From a virus (taxonomy: Duplodnaviria; Caudoviricetes), in IMG/VR virus record IMGVR_UViG_3300011114_000226, positions 1 to 63,616 of that record: a stretch of DNA of 63,616 nt. One strand, given 5' to 3'. Made by a program: the position numbers and the translations under genes. Under the pieces are notes generated by a model. It saw nothing but the letters and a program-made list of their open reading frames with translations. It searched no databases and was not told the DNA's origin. Of the stretch, positions 9,866-19,297 are shown piece by piece. The stretch's first letter is position 1. The number at the start of each line of letters is the position of its first letter.

Positions 9866-10354
9866 ATGACTACACAAGATAAATTAAAAGAGCTTTTTAC
9901 ATACAACGAAGACGGAACCTTTACTAGAAATAGCACGGGTAAAGTTGTAAAATGTTCTAAAACAAAAGGGCAACGCTATCTAAGAATAGGTATAGATGGT
10001 AAACCACGCTCTTTACACAGAATGATATTTTTATACCATCATGGTTATTTACCTAAAGTGACAGATCATATTGATGGCGACAGGTATAATAATAGAATAG
10101 AAAACTTGCGTGAGGTAACTCAACAAGAAAATTGTTTTAATAGTAAACATAGAACGACTAGCAAATCGCCATATAAAAATGTGTATTTGCAACCACCAAC
10201 TAAGAATTCTAATTGGAAAAGAAATTGGGTTGTTAGTTTAATGGTAAAAGGTAAACGTATTTATGTAGGTAGTTTTGAGGATTTAGAGCTTGCTAATTTA
10301 GTAGCACATGAAGCAAGAGCTAAGTATCATGGAGCATTTGCTCGTAATTTTTAA
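9866..10354 (+). CDS. HNH homing endonuclease with AP2-like C-terminal DNA-binding domain
   Basis: HRMIF...DHIDGDRYNNRIENLREVT..EN; YVGSFEDLELA; likely start at ATG 9866. Confidence 0.85.
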   Translation: MTTQDKLKELFTYNEDGTFTRNSTGKVVKCSKTKGQRYLRIGIDGKPRSLHRMIFLYHHGYLPKVTDHIDGDRYNNRIENLREVTQQENCFNSKHRTTSKSPYKNVYLQPPTKNSNWKRNWVVSLMVKGKRIYVGSFEDLELANLVAHEARAKYHGAFARNF

Positions 10355-10379
10355 ATTGGTAAATTAAAGGAGAACTAAA

Positions 10380-10733
10380 ATTTCACACTTCGCTAAAGTA
10401 ACAGACGGTAAGGTAACGCAAGTTATCGTTGCTGAAAAAGAATTCTTTGATACCTATGTAGATTCTACACCAGGTGAATGGATTCAAACATCGTACAACA
10501 CACAAGGCGGTAAACATCTTTTAGGTGGTACACCACTACGTGGTAACTACGCTGGTATTGGTTATACCTATGACAGAGCTAACGATGTATTCTATGCACC
10601 ACAACCATATGCTTCATGGGTTTTAAATAAAACTACATGGACTTGGGAAGCTCCTGTAGCAATGCCTACTGATGGTAAACAATATACATGGGATGAAGCA
10701 GTTAAGAACTGGGTTGAAGTAGCAGCTCTGTAA
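10380..10733 (+). CDS. Fibre-associated protein, 117 aa, with apparent ATT start (not in ORF track)
   Basis: AAGGAG, 7 nt, then ATT TCA CAC TTC GCT AAA; open frame (M)SHFAKV...WIQTSYN...NYAGIGYTYD...WEAPVAMP. Confidence 0.75.
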   Translation: MSHFAKVTDGKVTQVIVAEKEFFDTYVDSTPGEWIQTSYNTQGGKHLLGGTPLRGNYAGIGYTYDRANDVFYAPQPYASWVLNKTTWTWEAPVAMPTDGKQYTWDEAVKNWVEVAAL

Positions 10734-10801
10734 TGAAGATCCTAGTTGGGGTTTTAATTACACTTTGTTTACTTGTTTGGGTACATTGTTTAGGGAGTTA
10801 A
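10733..10801 (+). CDS. 22-aa hydrophobic peptide MKILVGVLITLCLLVWVHCLGS
   Basis: TAATG-coupled to the upstream gene; fills the gap before the lysis genes. Confidence 0.45.
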   Translation: MKILVGVLITLCLLVWVHCLGS

Positions 10802-10802
10802 A

Positions 10803-11075
10803 ATGAACATGGAAAAAATAACTAATATGTTGTTCCCAGTAATAGTCTCGGCTATTGCTTGGTTACTTACGTCAATGTCATCCATTCAAGCTGACTTAAT
10901 TAATATTAAATCTAAAATGCCTATTCTTATTACAGAACAAGGTGTGCCAACTGACAGTCCAGTATCAGCGGATCAAAGAGCAAAGCTCAAAGAAGAGTTA
11001 AAATTACAAATAGCTGAACTGTCTATCCGTGTAAGACTTTTAGAAGAACATGAAAAAACAAGAGGATATAAATAA
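10803..11075 (+). CDS. Membrane-anchored coiled-coil protein in the lysis cassette
   Basis: N-terminal hydrophobic helix, C-terminal heptad pattern. Confidence 0.5.
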   Translation: MNMEKITNMLFPVIVSAIAWLLTSMSSIQADLINIKSKMPILITEQGVPTDSPVSADQRAKLKEELKLQIAELSIRVRLLEEHEKTRGYK

Positions 11076-11560
11076 TGTTTAGTATCTTAAGTTCAATTTT
11101 AGGTTTTGCAACCGCAGGTCTACCAAGTATCCTTGGCTTCTTCCAACAAAAGGGAGATCAATCGCATGAGCGTGAGATGGCTAGACTACAAAATGAACAA
11201 GCATTACTTATGGCTGAAAAAGGCTTTGTATCTCAAGAAAAAATAGCAGCGATTAATTTGGAGGGTACTTATGCAGAAACATTTACTCAAGAAAGACAAG
11301 CGCTTTATGAACACGATGCGAAACTTGTACACGATGCAGCACCCTGGGTTAGAACTCTTAATGCAGCTGTCCGCCCTATTGTTGCTTTCACTTTTGTAGC
11401 ATTACTTATATTTGTAGATGTAGCTGGTTTTATTTGGGCTGTAAATACTGTAGGGTTTAGTCGTGAGTCTATGGATGTTATATTTTCATCCGATGAAATG
11501 GCTATCGTAGGTTCTATTATTGGTTTTTATTTTGGTGCTAGGACTTGGGAAAAGAAATAA
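11075..11560 (+). CDS. Putative holin (GTA-type 3TM holin-like)
   Basis: LNAAVRPIVAF...IIGFYFGARTWEK; directly upstream of the lysozyme. Confidence 0.65.
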   Translation: MFSILSSILGFATAGLPSILGFFQQKGDQSHEREMARLQNEQALLMAEKGFVSQEKIAAINLEGTYAETFTQERQALYEHDAKLVHDAAPWVRTLNAAVRPIVAFTFVALLIFVDVAGFIWAVNTVGFSRESMDVIFSSDEMAIVGSIIGFYFGARTWEKK

Positions 11561-12010
11561 GTGAATGTATCAAAAGCTGGTATCGTTCTTATCAAACATC
11601 ACGAGGGTGTGCGTAGTCGTCCCTATCGTTGCCCTGCAAACTTGTGGACTGTTGGTGTTGGTCACCTTATCGGCAACGGCAAACATTTGCCTGATACTTG
11701 GAACAGAACTTTTTCGCAGGAAGAAATAGATGGAATTCTTAAATCCGACTTACGTCGCTTCGAGTTGGGAGTACATAAGATGCTACCTAACGTGCCTTTA
11801 CGACAACATGAGTTTGACGCTCTTGTCAGTTTTTGCTTTAATCTGGGTCTTGGATGCTTTCAAAGATCAACACTCCGTCAAGCGCTTTTACGCGGCAATA
11901 AAAAAGCGGCTATGGAATCGTTAGTTAAATATTGTCGTGCAGGTGGTAAAATATTACGAGGTCTACAAATTCGTAGGCTAGATGAAAAAGCACTCTTTGA
12001 AGGTAAATAA
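11561..12010 (+). CDS. Endolysin, GH24 phage lysozyme
   Basis: HEGVRSRPYRCPANLWTVGVGH, FDALVSFCFNLG, GLQIRRLDE. Confidence 0.9.
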   Translation: MNVSKAGIVLIKHHEGVRSRPYRCPANLWTVGVGHLIGNGKHLPDTWNRTFSQEEIDGILKSDLRRFELGVHKMLPNVPLRQHEFDALVSFCFNLGLGCFQRSTLRQALLRGNKKAAMESLVKYCRAGGKILRGLQIRRLDEKALFEGK

Positions 12011-14187
12011 TGCCATTAAGTAAACTAGTTTTTAAACCAGGAGTTAACCGAGATCAAACTGATTATGCCTCAGAAGGCGGTTGGTATGAGATGGACAAAG
12101 TTCGCTTCCGTTCGGGATTCCCTGAAAAACTAGGTGGCTGGACTGTTAAAACATTTAATGCTTACGAAGGTTCTGCTCGTAGTCTATTCACATGGGCTGC
12201 TATTAGTGGTGCTAAGTTAACAGCTGTTGGTACTAATGAAAAGATTTATATTAATACAGGTACGACGCTCTACGATATAACACCTCTCCGAGTTACATAT
12301 ACTTCTACTACAACACCGTCAAGTAGTGATTGTTTTAGAACAACAAATGGTTCTAATTTAGTTGAAATCTTAAACATCACTTCAGGTATACAAGATGGTG
12401 AATGGGTTACATTTAGTGGCGTAACTACTGCCGTAGGCGGTGTACCTGCTGCTGACTTTAATAAAGAATTTCAAATCACCATTATAGGAGGAGCGTTCTT
12501 TATTGCGGTTGCAACTACGGCAACTTCTACTGCTACTTCTACAGGCAATACAGCCATCGTTGCAAAATTTGATATTAATATAGGTTACCCTATTGTAACA
12601 GCAGGTTATGGTTGGGGTGCAGGTGCATGGTCTCGTGGTACTTGGGGTTCTGGTTCTGTCACACCTATTTTCTTCCCAGCTCGTTTAGAATTCTTTGATA
12701 ACTTTAATCAGAACTTAGTTTTTAATATTAACGGCGCGGATCTTTATTATTGGGAATATGACGACTCTTTTGCAACTCGTGCTGTGACATTACAGTCTAT
12801 ACCAGGTGCTATCGCGGTTCCTAGAGAAGTTGATTATTCATTGTTTGCATCATCAGGTCATTATGTAGCACTAGGTTGTACTAATTATCTAGCTACGACA
12901 GTAGCAGGTGTATCGATGTCAACTATGACGCGTGGTGGTACAGGTAATTTAACGGCTACTGTTACAACATCTACTGCATATAATTTACAATCAGGTGATT
13001 ACATTACTGTATCAGGATGCATACCTACTCAGTTTAATGGCACTTTCCAAATTACTTATATTGATGCAACGCACTTTAGTTATACGATGACATCAGCGCC
13101 TGCTAGTAACGCTACAACGGTAGGTACCTATGTATACAATAATTACACCGGCACTTATGATCCACTTCTTATTCGTTGGGCAAACGTAGATGCAACCATA
13201 GGTCCTGAGCCAGAAGTATGGCAACCGACTGTTACAAACACAGCAGGGTTCTTAAGACTACAATCAGGTTCACAAGTAATAGCTGCGGTAAACTCAAGAC
13301 AAGAAATGTTGATCTTTACAGATACTTCATTGACATCGATGCAGTTCTTAGGTACAGCAGAAGTGTTTGGTTTACAAGAGTTATCACATAATATTTCTAT
13401 TGCGGGACCTAATGCTGTAGTAGGTATTAATAACGTAGTTTACTGGATGGGACGAGATAAGTTCTTCACATACTCTGGTCGTGTGGACGCATTACCTTGT
13501 ACACTACGTCAATATATATTCGCTGATATTAACTATAACCAAGCACAACTTTTCTTTGCAGGTACCAATAATCAGTTTAATGAAATTGTTTGGTTCTACT
13601 GCTCAGCTACTTCGAATGAAATTGATCGCTATGTTATCTATAACTATTCAGAAAGTATTTGGTACTATGGTCAATTAAATAGAACTGCATGGTTAGATTC
13701 AGGTGACTTCACTAATCCTATTGCTGTGGCAGGGGGTTGGGTTTATGATCAAGAAAACGGTGTAGATGATGGTCAACCTAATGGTGCAGCACCTCTACCT
13801 ATTTCAGCTTATATTCAGTCTGCAAGTGTTGACATTGATGATGGTGATAAATATATGTTAGTGCGTCGTATTATTCCAGACATTAACTTCACTCAATCAG
13901 AACAAACTAACCCTGTGACAGGGGCTACTAATACAATTCAAACTACGATTACTGTAGGTGTTCAAAACTTCCCAGGTGCAGCTTCAGTTACTACGAATGC
14001 ATCAGGTTTTACTACAGCGCGTAACATTACAACAGCGACAGCCACAGTGGATCAATATACAAACCAAGTATTTATAAGATGTCGTGGTCGTCAGATGAGT
14101 TTTAGAATTGAGTCAAACAATGTGGGAACTCAGTGGCAACTTGGTATGCCTAGAGTTGATGCGCGTCCAGACGGAATGAGAAACTAA
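12010..14187 (+). CDS. Tail tube/nozzle protein (P22 gp10-like DNA stabilisation protein)
   Basis: 725-aa beta-rich protein; YWMGRDKFFTYSG and NEIVWFY motifs; precedes the ejection proteins. Confidence 0.65.
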   Translation: MPLSKLVFKPGVNRDQTDYASEGGWYEMDKVRFRSGFPEKLGGWTVKTFNAYEGSARSLFTWAAISGAKLTAVGTNEKIYINTGTTLYDITPLRVTYTSTTTPSSSDCFRTTNGSNLVEILNITSGIQDGEWVTFSGVTTAVGGVPAADFNKEFQITIIGGAFFIAVATTATSTATSTGNTAIVAKFDINIGYPIVTAGYGWGAGAWSRGTWGSGSVTPIFFPARLEFFDNFNQNLVFNINGADLYYWEYDDSFATRAVTLQSIPGAIAVPREVDYSLFASSGHYVALGCTNYLATTVAGVSMSTMTRGGTGNLTATVTTSTAYNLQSGDYITVSGCIPTQFNGTFQITYIDATHFSYTMTSAPASNATTVGTYVYNNYTGTYDPLLIRWANVDATIGPEPEVWQPTVTNTAGFLRLQSGSQVIAAVNSRQEMLIFTDTSLTSMQFLGTAEVFGLQELSHNISIAGPNAVVGINNVVYWMGRDKFFTYSGRVDALPCTLRQYIFADINYNQAQLFFAGTNNQFNEIVWFYCSATSNEIDRYVIYNYSESIWYYGQLNRTAWLDSGDFTNPIAVAGGWVYDQENGVDDGQPNGAAPLPISAYIQSASVDIDDGDKYMLVRRIIPDINFTQSEQTNPVTGATNTIQTTITVGVQNFPGAASVTTNASGFTTARNITTATATVDQYTNQVFIRCRGRQMSFRIESNNVGTQWQLGMPRVDARPDGMRN

Positions 14188-14855
14188 TGGCTCAAAGAAT
14201 TATAAATGCAACTAAAGCACCTGCACTAGCCTTAACACCTACGCAGTTTTCTCAAGTGCATTTTGATTTATTTAATAATCAACTTCGTGTTTACTTTAAT
14301 ACCTTAGACGCATTTACGGCTATATTAAGTAACGCTGATGGAGGATCAAGTTTAAGTTTTCCTCACATTGCAGCTTCTGATTTAACTGATCAAATAGCAA
14401 CAGGTAATAATACGCCTACAGTAATAAATTTTAATACTTTAGATTCTGGATTAGGTTGGACTTTAAATGCACCGGGCTCTGCAATCGCAGGATTTGCAGG
14501 TGTTTATACTATTAGATATAGTCTTCAATTTGTTAATACGGATAATGCCATACATAGTGCGGTTGTTTGGATTAAAGTAAATGGTGTTGATCTTGCTAAT
14601 TCTGCTACAGAATTTAGTATTCCTGCCCGTAAAAGTGCGTTAATACCTAGTTATGTGGCAGGATATTCTGAAGCTACGTTTGAAATAAACTCAGACGATG
14701 AGATTGAACTTTATTGGGCAACGGATCTAGCAGGCAATCCTACTACTCCTACAAACGGAGTTTATATTTTCCATGATAATGCTCAAACCGTACCTTATGC
14801 TAGACCTGCAATTCCATCAGTAATAGGCTCAATTACTTTTGTTTCAAGACTTTAA
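14187..14855 (+). CDS. Virion structural protein
   Basis: Coupled to the tail tube gene; beta-sandwich-like C-terminus. Confidence 0.5.
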   Translation: MAQRIINATKAPALALTPTQFSQVHFDLFNNQLRVYFNTLDAFTAILSNADGGSSLSFPHIAASDLTDQIATGNNTPTVINFNTLDSGLGWTLNAPGSAIAGFAGVYTIRYSLQFVNTDNAIHSAVVWIKVNGVDLANSATEFSIPARKSALIPSYVAGYSEATFEINSDDEIELYWATDLAGNPTTPTNGVYIFHDNAQTVPYARPAIPSVIGSITFVSRL

Positions 14856-14892
14856 TTATGTTAACATTACACTATATTAAAAAGGACGTTTT

Positions 14893-16242
14893 ATGGCAAC
14901 ACATCAACTAGCTCAAGGCTTAGCTTCCCTCGGTAGACATGGTGACTCCATGCTTATGCACGTTAGTCCAGCTGAAGTAGAAGGATTAAGTGCACTGGGT
15001 AAAATGACAGGTCACAAACTACACACTAATCCTCATACAGGTATGCCTGAAGCATTTGATTTTGGTAGCTTCCTTGCTTCTCTTTTACCTACAGCTGCAG
15101 GATTTATGGTTGGTGGTCCAGCAGGGGCTGCTATGGGACTTAAAGGCACAGCTGCAACATTAGCTCCGATTGCAGCAGGTATGGCTACTGGTGCAGCAGT
15201 TGCTGGTGCTAAAGGTGATGATTTGCTGACAGGCACTTTAATGGGTGGACTTGGCGGATTTGGTGGGGGTAATTTAGGAAGTTCATTAGGTAAAATGGGC
15301 GCTCAAGGCGGATATCAAGCAGGGCAGGCAGTTACTGCAGGCGTACCAGAAACAACTGCAGCTGGCTTAGATGCTTTAAACACAACAGCAAATCCATTTT
15401 TTGGTGCGGCAAACACAATGCCTACAGCACTAACAAACGCTGGATCTACAGCAGCTTCAACTGCAGCGCCTGTGGCTTATTCAGAAGGTCTAGGACAAAT
15501 GGGTCGTGGTGCTATGGAGTTATTAAGCCCCGGCGGATATGATAAATTTACTTCTCCAGCTATTGGCGGATCTGCTATGCAACTAGGTGCTCCATTAGGT
15601 ATGGCAGCTTTATCTGGCGTGCAAGGAGATATGTATCCTGAAATGGATACATCATTAGAAGAAAAACGTAAAGCTGAAGAAAATAAATATAGAGATCCTA
15701 GAACAGGTTTATTGAATTTAGCTCAAGCTTCTCCAGGTTTAAGATTAGCTACAGGCGGTACAGTTAATACTAATTCAAGTACTATTTCATCAGGCGGCAT
15801 TCAAGATTTGTATGGTACAAATGACCAAACAACAGGCACACAAAATTTAAGTAAAGAAGGTTACGGAATTGGTAGATTAAATTCATTAGCTGCTGAAGGC
15901 TCTCGTGCTAAAGCTGCGGATACATTCTATGCTATGGGCGGTCCAATTGCTTTTGCTGATGGCGGAATATTTGAATTAGAAGCTGCTAAAGGCGGATATT
16001 TAGATGGTCAAGGTGATGGTATGAGTGATTCGATACCTGCTACAATAGAAGGTAAACAATCCGCTCGTTTAGCTGACGGTGAGTTTGTAGTTCCCGCAGA
16101 TGTGGTAAGTCATTTAGGTAATGGCTCTTCAAAAGCCGGCGCCAAGAATTTATACGCTATGATGCATAAAGTAAGAAAAGCAAGAACAGGTCATACTAAA
16201 CAAGGTAAAGAAATTAAACCACAAAAATACATGCCTGCATGA
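14893..16242 (+). CDS. Internal virion/ejection protein
   Basis: GRHGDSMLMHV N-terminus, hydrophobic Gly/Ala segments, GDGMSDSIPA..ARLADGEFVVPADVV C-terminus. Confidence 0.6.
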   Translation: MATHQLAQGLASLGRHGDSMLMHVSPAEVEGLSALGKMTGHKLHTNPHTGMPEAFDFGSFLASLLPTAAGFMVGGPAGAAMGLKGTAATLAPIAAGMATGAAVAGAKGDDLLTGTLMGGLGGFGGGNLGSSLGKMGAQGGYQAGQAVTAGVPETTAAGLDALNTTANPFFGAANTMPTALTNAGSTAASTAAPVAYSEGLGQMGRGAMELLSPGGYDKFTSPAIGGSAMQLGAPLGMAALSGVQGDMYPEMDTSLEEKRKAEENKYRDPRTGLLNLAQASPGLRLATGGTVNTNSSTISSGGIQDLYGTNDQTTGTQNLSKEGYGIGRLNSLAAEGSRAKAADTFYAMGGPIAFADGGIFELEAAKGGYLDGQGDGMSDSIPATIEGKQSARLADGEFVVPADVVSHLGNGSSKAGAKNLYAMMHKVRKARTGHTKQGKEIKPQKYMPA

Positions 16243-16649
16243 AACAAATACAATTAGTAAGTCCAGACTTTGTAAGTAAACTCTGGGATAAAATACAGCC
16301 TTTTTTTGATGCCTCATTAAAATATAGTAATGATGATTATAGTATTGATCAAATAAAGATGTTATTAGTAAACGGGCAACAAAGACTTTTAGTTGCGGTT
16401 GAAGATGAAAATATTATAGGCGCTTCAGCAGTTGAGTTTATTAATTATCCTAATCAAAGAGTATTACATATTACATCGATGGGTGGTAAAGCATTAATTG
16501 AACCTGATATGATTACGCAATTTGAAGACTGGGCTAAATCACAAGGTGCAACAAAGATTAGAGCATTTGCACATGATGCTCAAGCAAGATTATACAGAAT
16601 GAAAATGGGTCTTAATACCGTAACGCACGTGGTGGAGAAAACAATATGA
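16239..16649 (+). CDS. GNAT-fold-like virion assembly protein
   Basis: VLHITSMGG...WAKSQGATKI; position among podoviral ejection genes. Confidence 0.5.
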   Translation: MKQIQLVSPDFVSKLWDKIQPFFDASLKYSNDDYSIDQIKMLLVNGQQRLLVAVEDENIIGASAVEFINYPNQRVLHITSMGGKALIEPDMITQFEDWAKSQGATKIRAFAHDAQARLYRMKMGLNTVTHVVEKTI

Positions 16650-17746
16650 AATTATTTAACATATTTAACTGGGTACAAAACCTAGTAGAAGCATTTACTT
16701 TTTATTCCGGAGGTGGGGGTGGAGGTTCACAAACTTCTACAGGTACAACCTATACTTCTAATTTACCAGAATATGCTAAACCTTTCTTTGAACAAGCTCT
16801 TGTTTCTGCAGGTAAAAATGTATTTGAAACAGACTCTTCAGGTGCGGTTACAGGTGTTAAACCAATGCCTACTTATACAGGCGACAGAATTGCAGGGTTT
16901 ACTCCAGGTCAAGAAGCAGTACAAAGAAACATAGCAGGACTTACAACACCAGGTGGTTTTGCTGATGCAAGATCAGGATTAGGTATGGGTTCAGGTATGG
17001 GCTACGGTACAGCAGGTGCTGGACTATCAGGTGCTTTAGGTTATAGACCCGCTTCAGTAACAGGTGGCACATTTACTCCCGGCATGGCAGATTATTATGG
17101 TGATCCATATCAACAACGTGTAACTGATATTGCATTAAGAGAAGCTCGTCGTCAAGGTGACATTGCTGCACAACAAGGCGCTATGGGAGCTATTAAACGA
17201 GGTTCATTTGGTGGTGCTCGTCAAGCATTGATGCAAACTGAACAAGAAAGAAACTTACAACAAAACTTAGCAGACATTCAATCTAAAGGAAGTCAAGCTG
17301 GGTTCCAATCTGCGCAACAACAATTTAATGCGGATGCTGCAAGGCAACTACAGGCACAACAAGCTAATCAACAAGCGCTACAAGGTGCAGCTCAATTACA
17401 ATCTCAAGTAGGACTTGGTGGATTATCAGCTGGACTACAAGCATCTAAAGATCAAGCTATGACAGCAGCTGCAGAACAAACGGCTAATCTTGAAAGACTT
17501 AAAACTCAGGCAGCTAGTGAAGGCGAGAAACAAGCACTGCAACAAAAAATTAATGATCTTCAATACCAAACAGCAATGGAAGCAAGAGATTGGGAAAAGA
17601 AACAACTCGAGTTTTACAATGCAATGCTTCGTGGAAATACTGGTTTGGCTTCAACACAAATTCAATATGCGCCTCAAGTTTCTGGTATATCACAACTTGG
17701 TGGACTTGGTTTAGGTGCACTTGGTCTTTCTAAAGCACTAGGATAA
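16646..17746 (+). CDS. DNA ejection (pilot) protein
   Basis: GGGGGGSQTST N-terminus, Gln/Ala-rich helices, GSFGGARQ motif, hydrophobic Gly-rich C-terminus. Confidence 0.6.
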   Translation: MKLFNIFNWVQNLVEAFTFYSGGGGGGSQTSTGTTYTSNLPEYAKPFFEQALVSAGKNVFETDSSGAVTGVKPMPTYTGDRIAGFTPGQEAVQRNIAGLTTPGGFADARSGLGMGSGMGYGTAGAGLSGALGYRPASVTGGTFTPGMADYYGDPYQQRVTDIALREARRQGDIAAQQGAMGAIKRGSFGGARQALMQTEQERNLQQNLADIQSKGSQAGFQSAQQQFNADAARQLQAQQANQQALQGAAQLQSQVGLGGLSAGLQASKDQAMTAAAEQTANLERLKTQAASEGEKQALQQKINDLQYQTAMEARDWEKKQLEFYNAMLRGNTGLASTQIQYAPQVSGISQLGGLGLGALGLSKALG

Positions 17747-17755
17747 GGATAAAGT

Positions 17756-19294
17756 ATGAACCTCTTAAAAATACAAGACATGCTCAAAGGTGCACCCGAT
17801 CAAACACTAGTGGGCTACGTTCAAAACCCTAGCGGTCAAGTACCTACTTATTTAGCGTTGAGTGAATTACAGCGTAGAAAAGAAATGCGTGCTTCATACC
17901 AAGCTAATAAACCAGAAGATAAATCAGTTGCAGAAGACTTAGTTCAAGAATCCCAACCGGGTGTTATGGGCTTACCTGCAGGACAACCTATGCAACAAGC
18001 AATGCAACCACAACCTGAAATGCCTGCAGAACAAATGGCTCAAGGTGGTTTAGCAGAACTTGATGTGGGTGATATGTATAATGAAAACAATTATGCTAAC
18101 GGTGGTATCGTTGCGTTCAATGATGGGGGCAATGTTCAAAACTACGCTGAAGGTGGCACTTCTAGAATAGGTGATTTCTTTAGGTCTAGGATGGATAAAT
18201 ATGACATCGATAGACAGATTAATGACCTTATGACTGAGAAAAATAAATATAGATTTGATTATATAGGCTCATATACACCAGAACAACGTGCGGCAGCGGA
18301 AGCTAAAAATTTAGAAATTGATAAACAGATTGCAGACTTACAATCTAAGCGAAGCACTCCATCACAAACTACTGGAAGTACTACATCAGGCGGGTACACA
18401 TATAAACCAGGAGAAAGCCCAGTAGTTGGAAGCAATACTCTTGTTGATAATACAGTTAAGTTTGCAGATTTACCTGTTCAACCTAAATCTAATAGTGGTT
18501 TTGGTGCACCTAAATTAAATATTCCTGAAGCGCTTACTATAGATAAAGCTATGGAAGACCGTAAGAGAGCTATGGAACTAGCAGGTGTACCTGCAGACTT
18601 TTACTCATCAGAAGTTGAAAAAAATAAAACTGATCGTGAAGCATTAAAAGACGAAAGAGAAAAAGCAAAATACTTCGCATTAGCAAAAGCAGGTTTTAAA
18701 ATGGCATCTCAAAGACCTCAATATGGTAAAGCGCAAAGTGCTCTTGCTGATATAGCAGAAGGTGCTGAAGCAGGGCTTGAACAATATGGTAAAGATGTTA
18801 AAGATATTAAAGCTGAAGATAGACTTCTTAAACAAGCTGATCGTAAACTTGCTGAAGCTCAATACTTACAACAACGTGGTGACGCCGAAGGCGCAATGAA
18901 AAAGATTAGTGAGCGAGAAGCACTTATTCAAGACTACAATAAATTACAATACTCAGGTGGTATTCAGCTTCAAGCCGCTAAAATTGCCGCATCCAGACCT
19001 ACTGATATGGGCATGTTGCTTGACGAAGCTAGAAAAGATCCTAAATATTATACTAAGAAAGATGGTAAAGCAGTGTTTGATTTATCTAAAGCACTCGATG
19101 ATATTAAAGGATATGGAAATAAACTTGATATAGCTTCATTAAAAGCACTTAATGATGAGCTTAAAACTACATTTGATGCTACTAAAAAAGCAGAAATTCA
19201 AGCTAAGATTGACGCGATTATGTCTGGTGGCGGTAGTGACGGCTCAATGAGTTCAGCAATTCCATCAGGCGTTAAGGTAACAAGAACTCAATAA
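17756..19294 (+). CDS. Internal virion/ejection protein
   Basis: Helical and charged; repeated xAxGG motifs; gene context. Confidence 0.55.
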   Translation: MNLLKIQDMLKGAPDQTLVGYVQNPSGQVPTYLALSELQRRKEMRASYQANKPEDKSVAEDLVQESQPGVMGLPAGQPMQQAMQPQPEMPAEQMAQGGLAELDVGDMYNENNYANGGIVAFNDGGNVQNYAEGGTSRIGDFFRSRMDKYDIDRQINDLMTEKNKYRFDYIGSYTPEQRAAAEAKNLEIDKQIADLQSKRSTPSQTTGSTTSGGYTYKPGESPVVGSNTLVDNTVKFADLPVQPKSNSGFGAPKLNIPEALTIDKAMEDRKRAMELAGVPADFYSSEVEKNKTDREALKDEREKAKYFALAKAGFKMASQRPQYGKAQSALADIAEGAEAGLEQYGKDVKDIKAEDRLLKQADRKLAEAQYLQQRGDAEGAMKKISEREALIQDYNKLQYSGGIQLQAAKIAASRPTDMGMLLDEARKDPKYYTKKDGKAVFDLSKALDDIKGYGNKLDIASLKALNDELKTTFDATKKAEIQAKIDAIMSGGGSDGSMSSAIPSGVKVTRTQ

Positions 19295-19297
19295 AAA

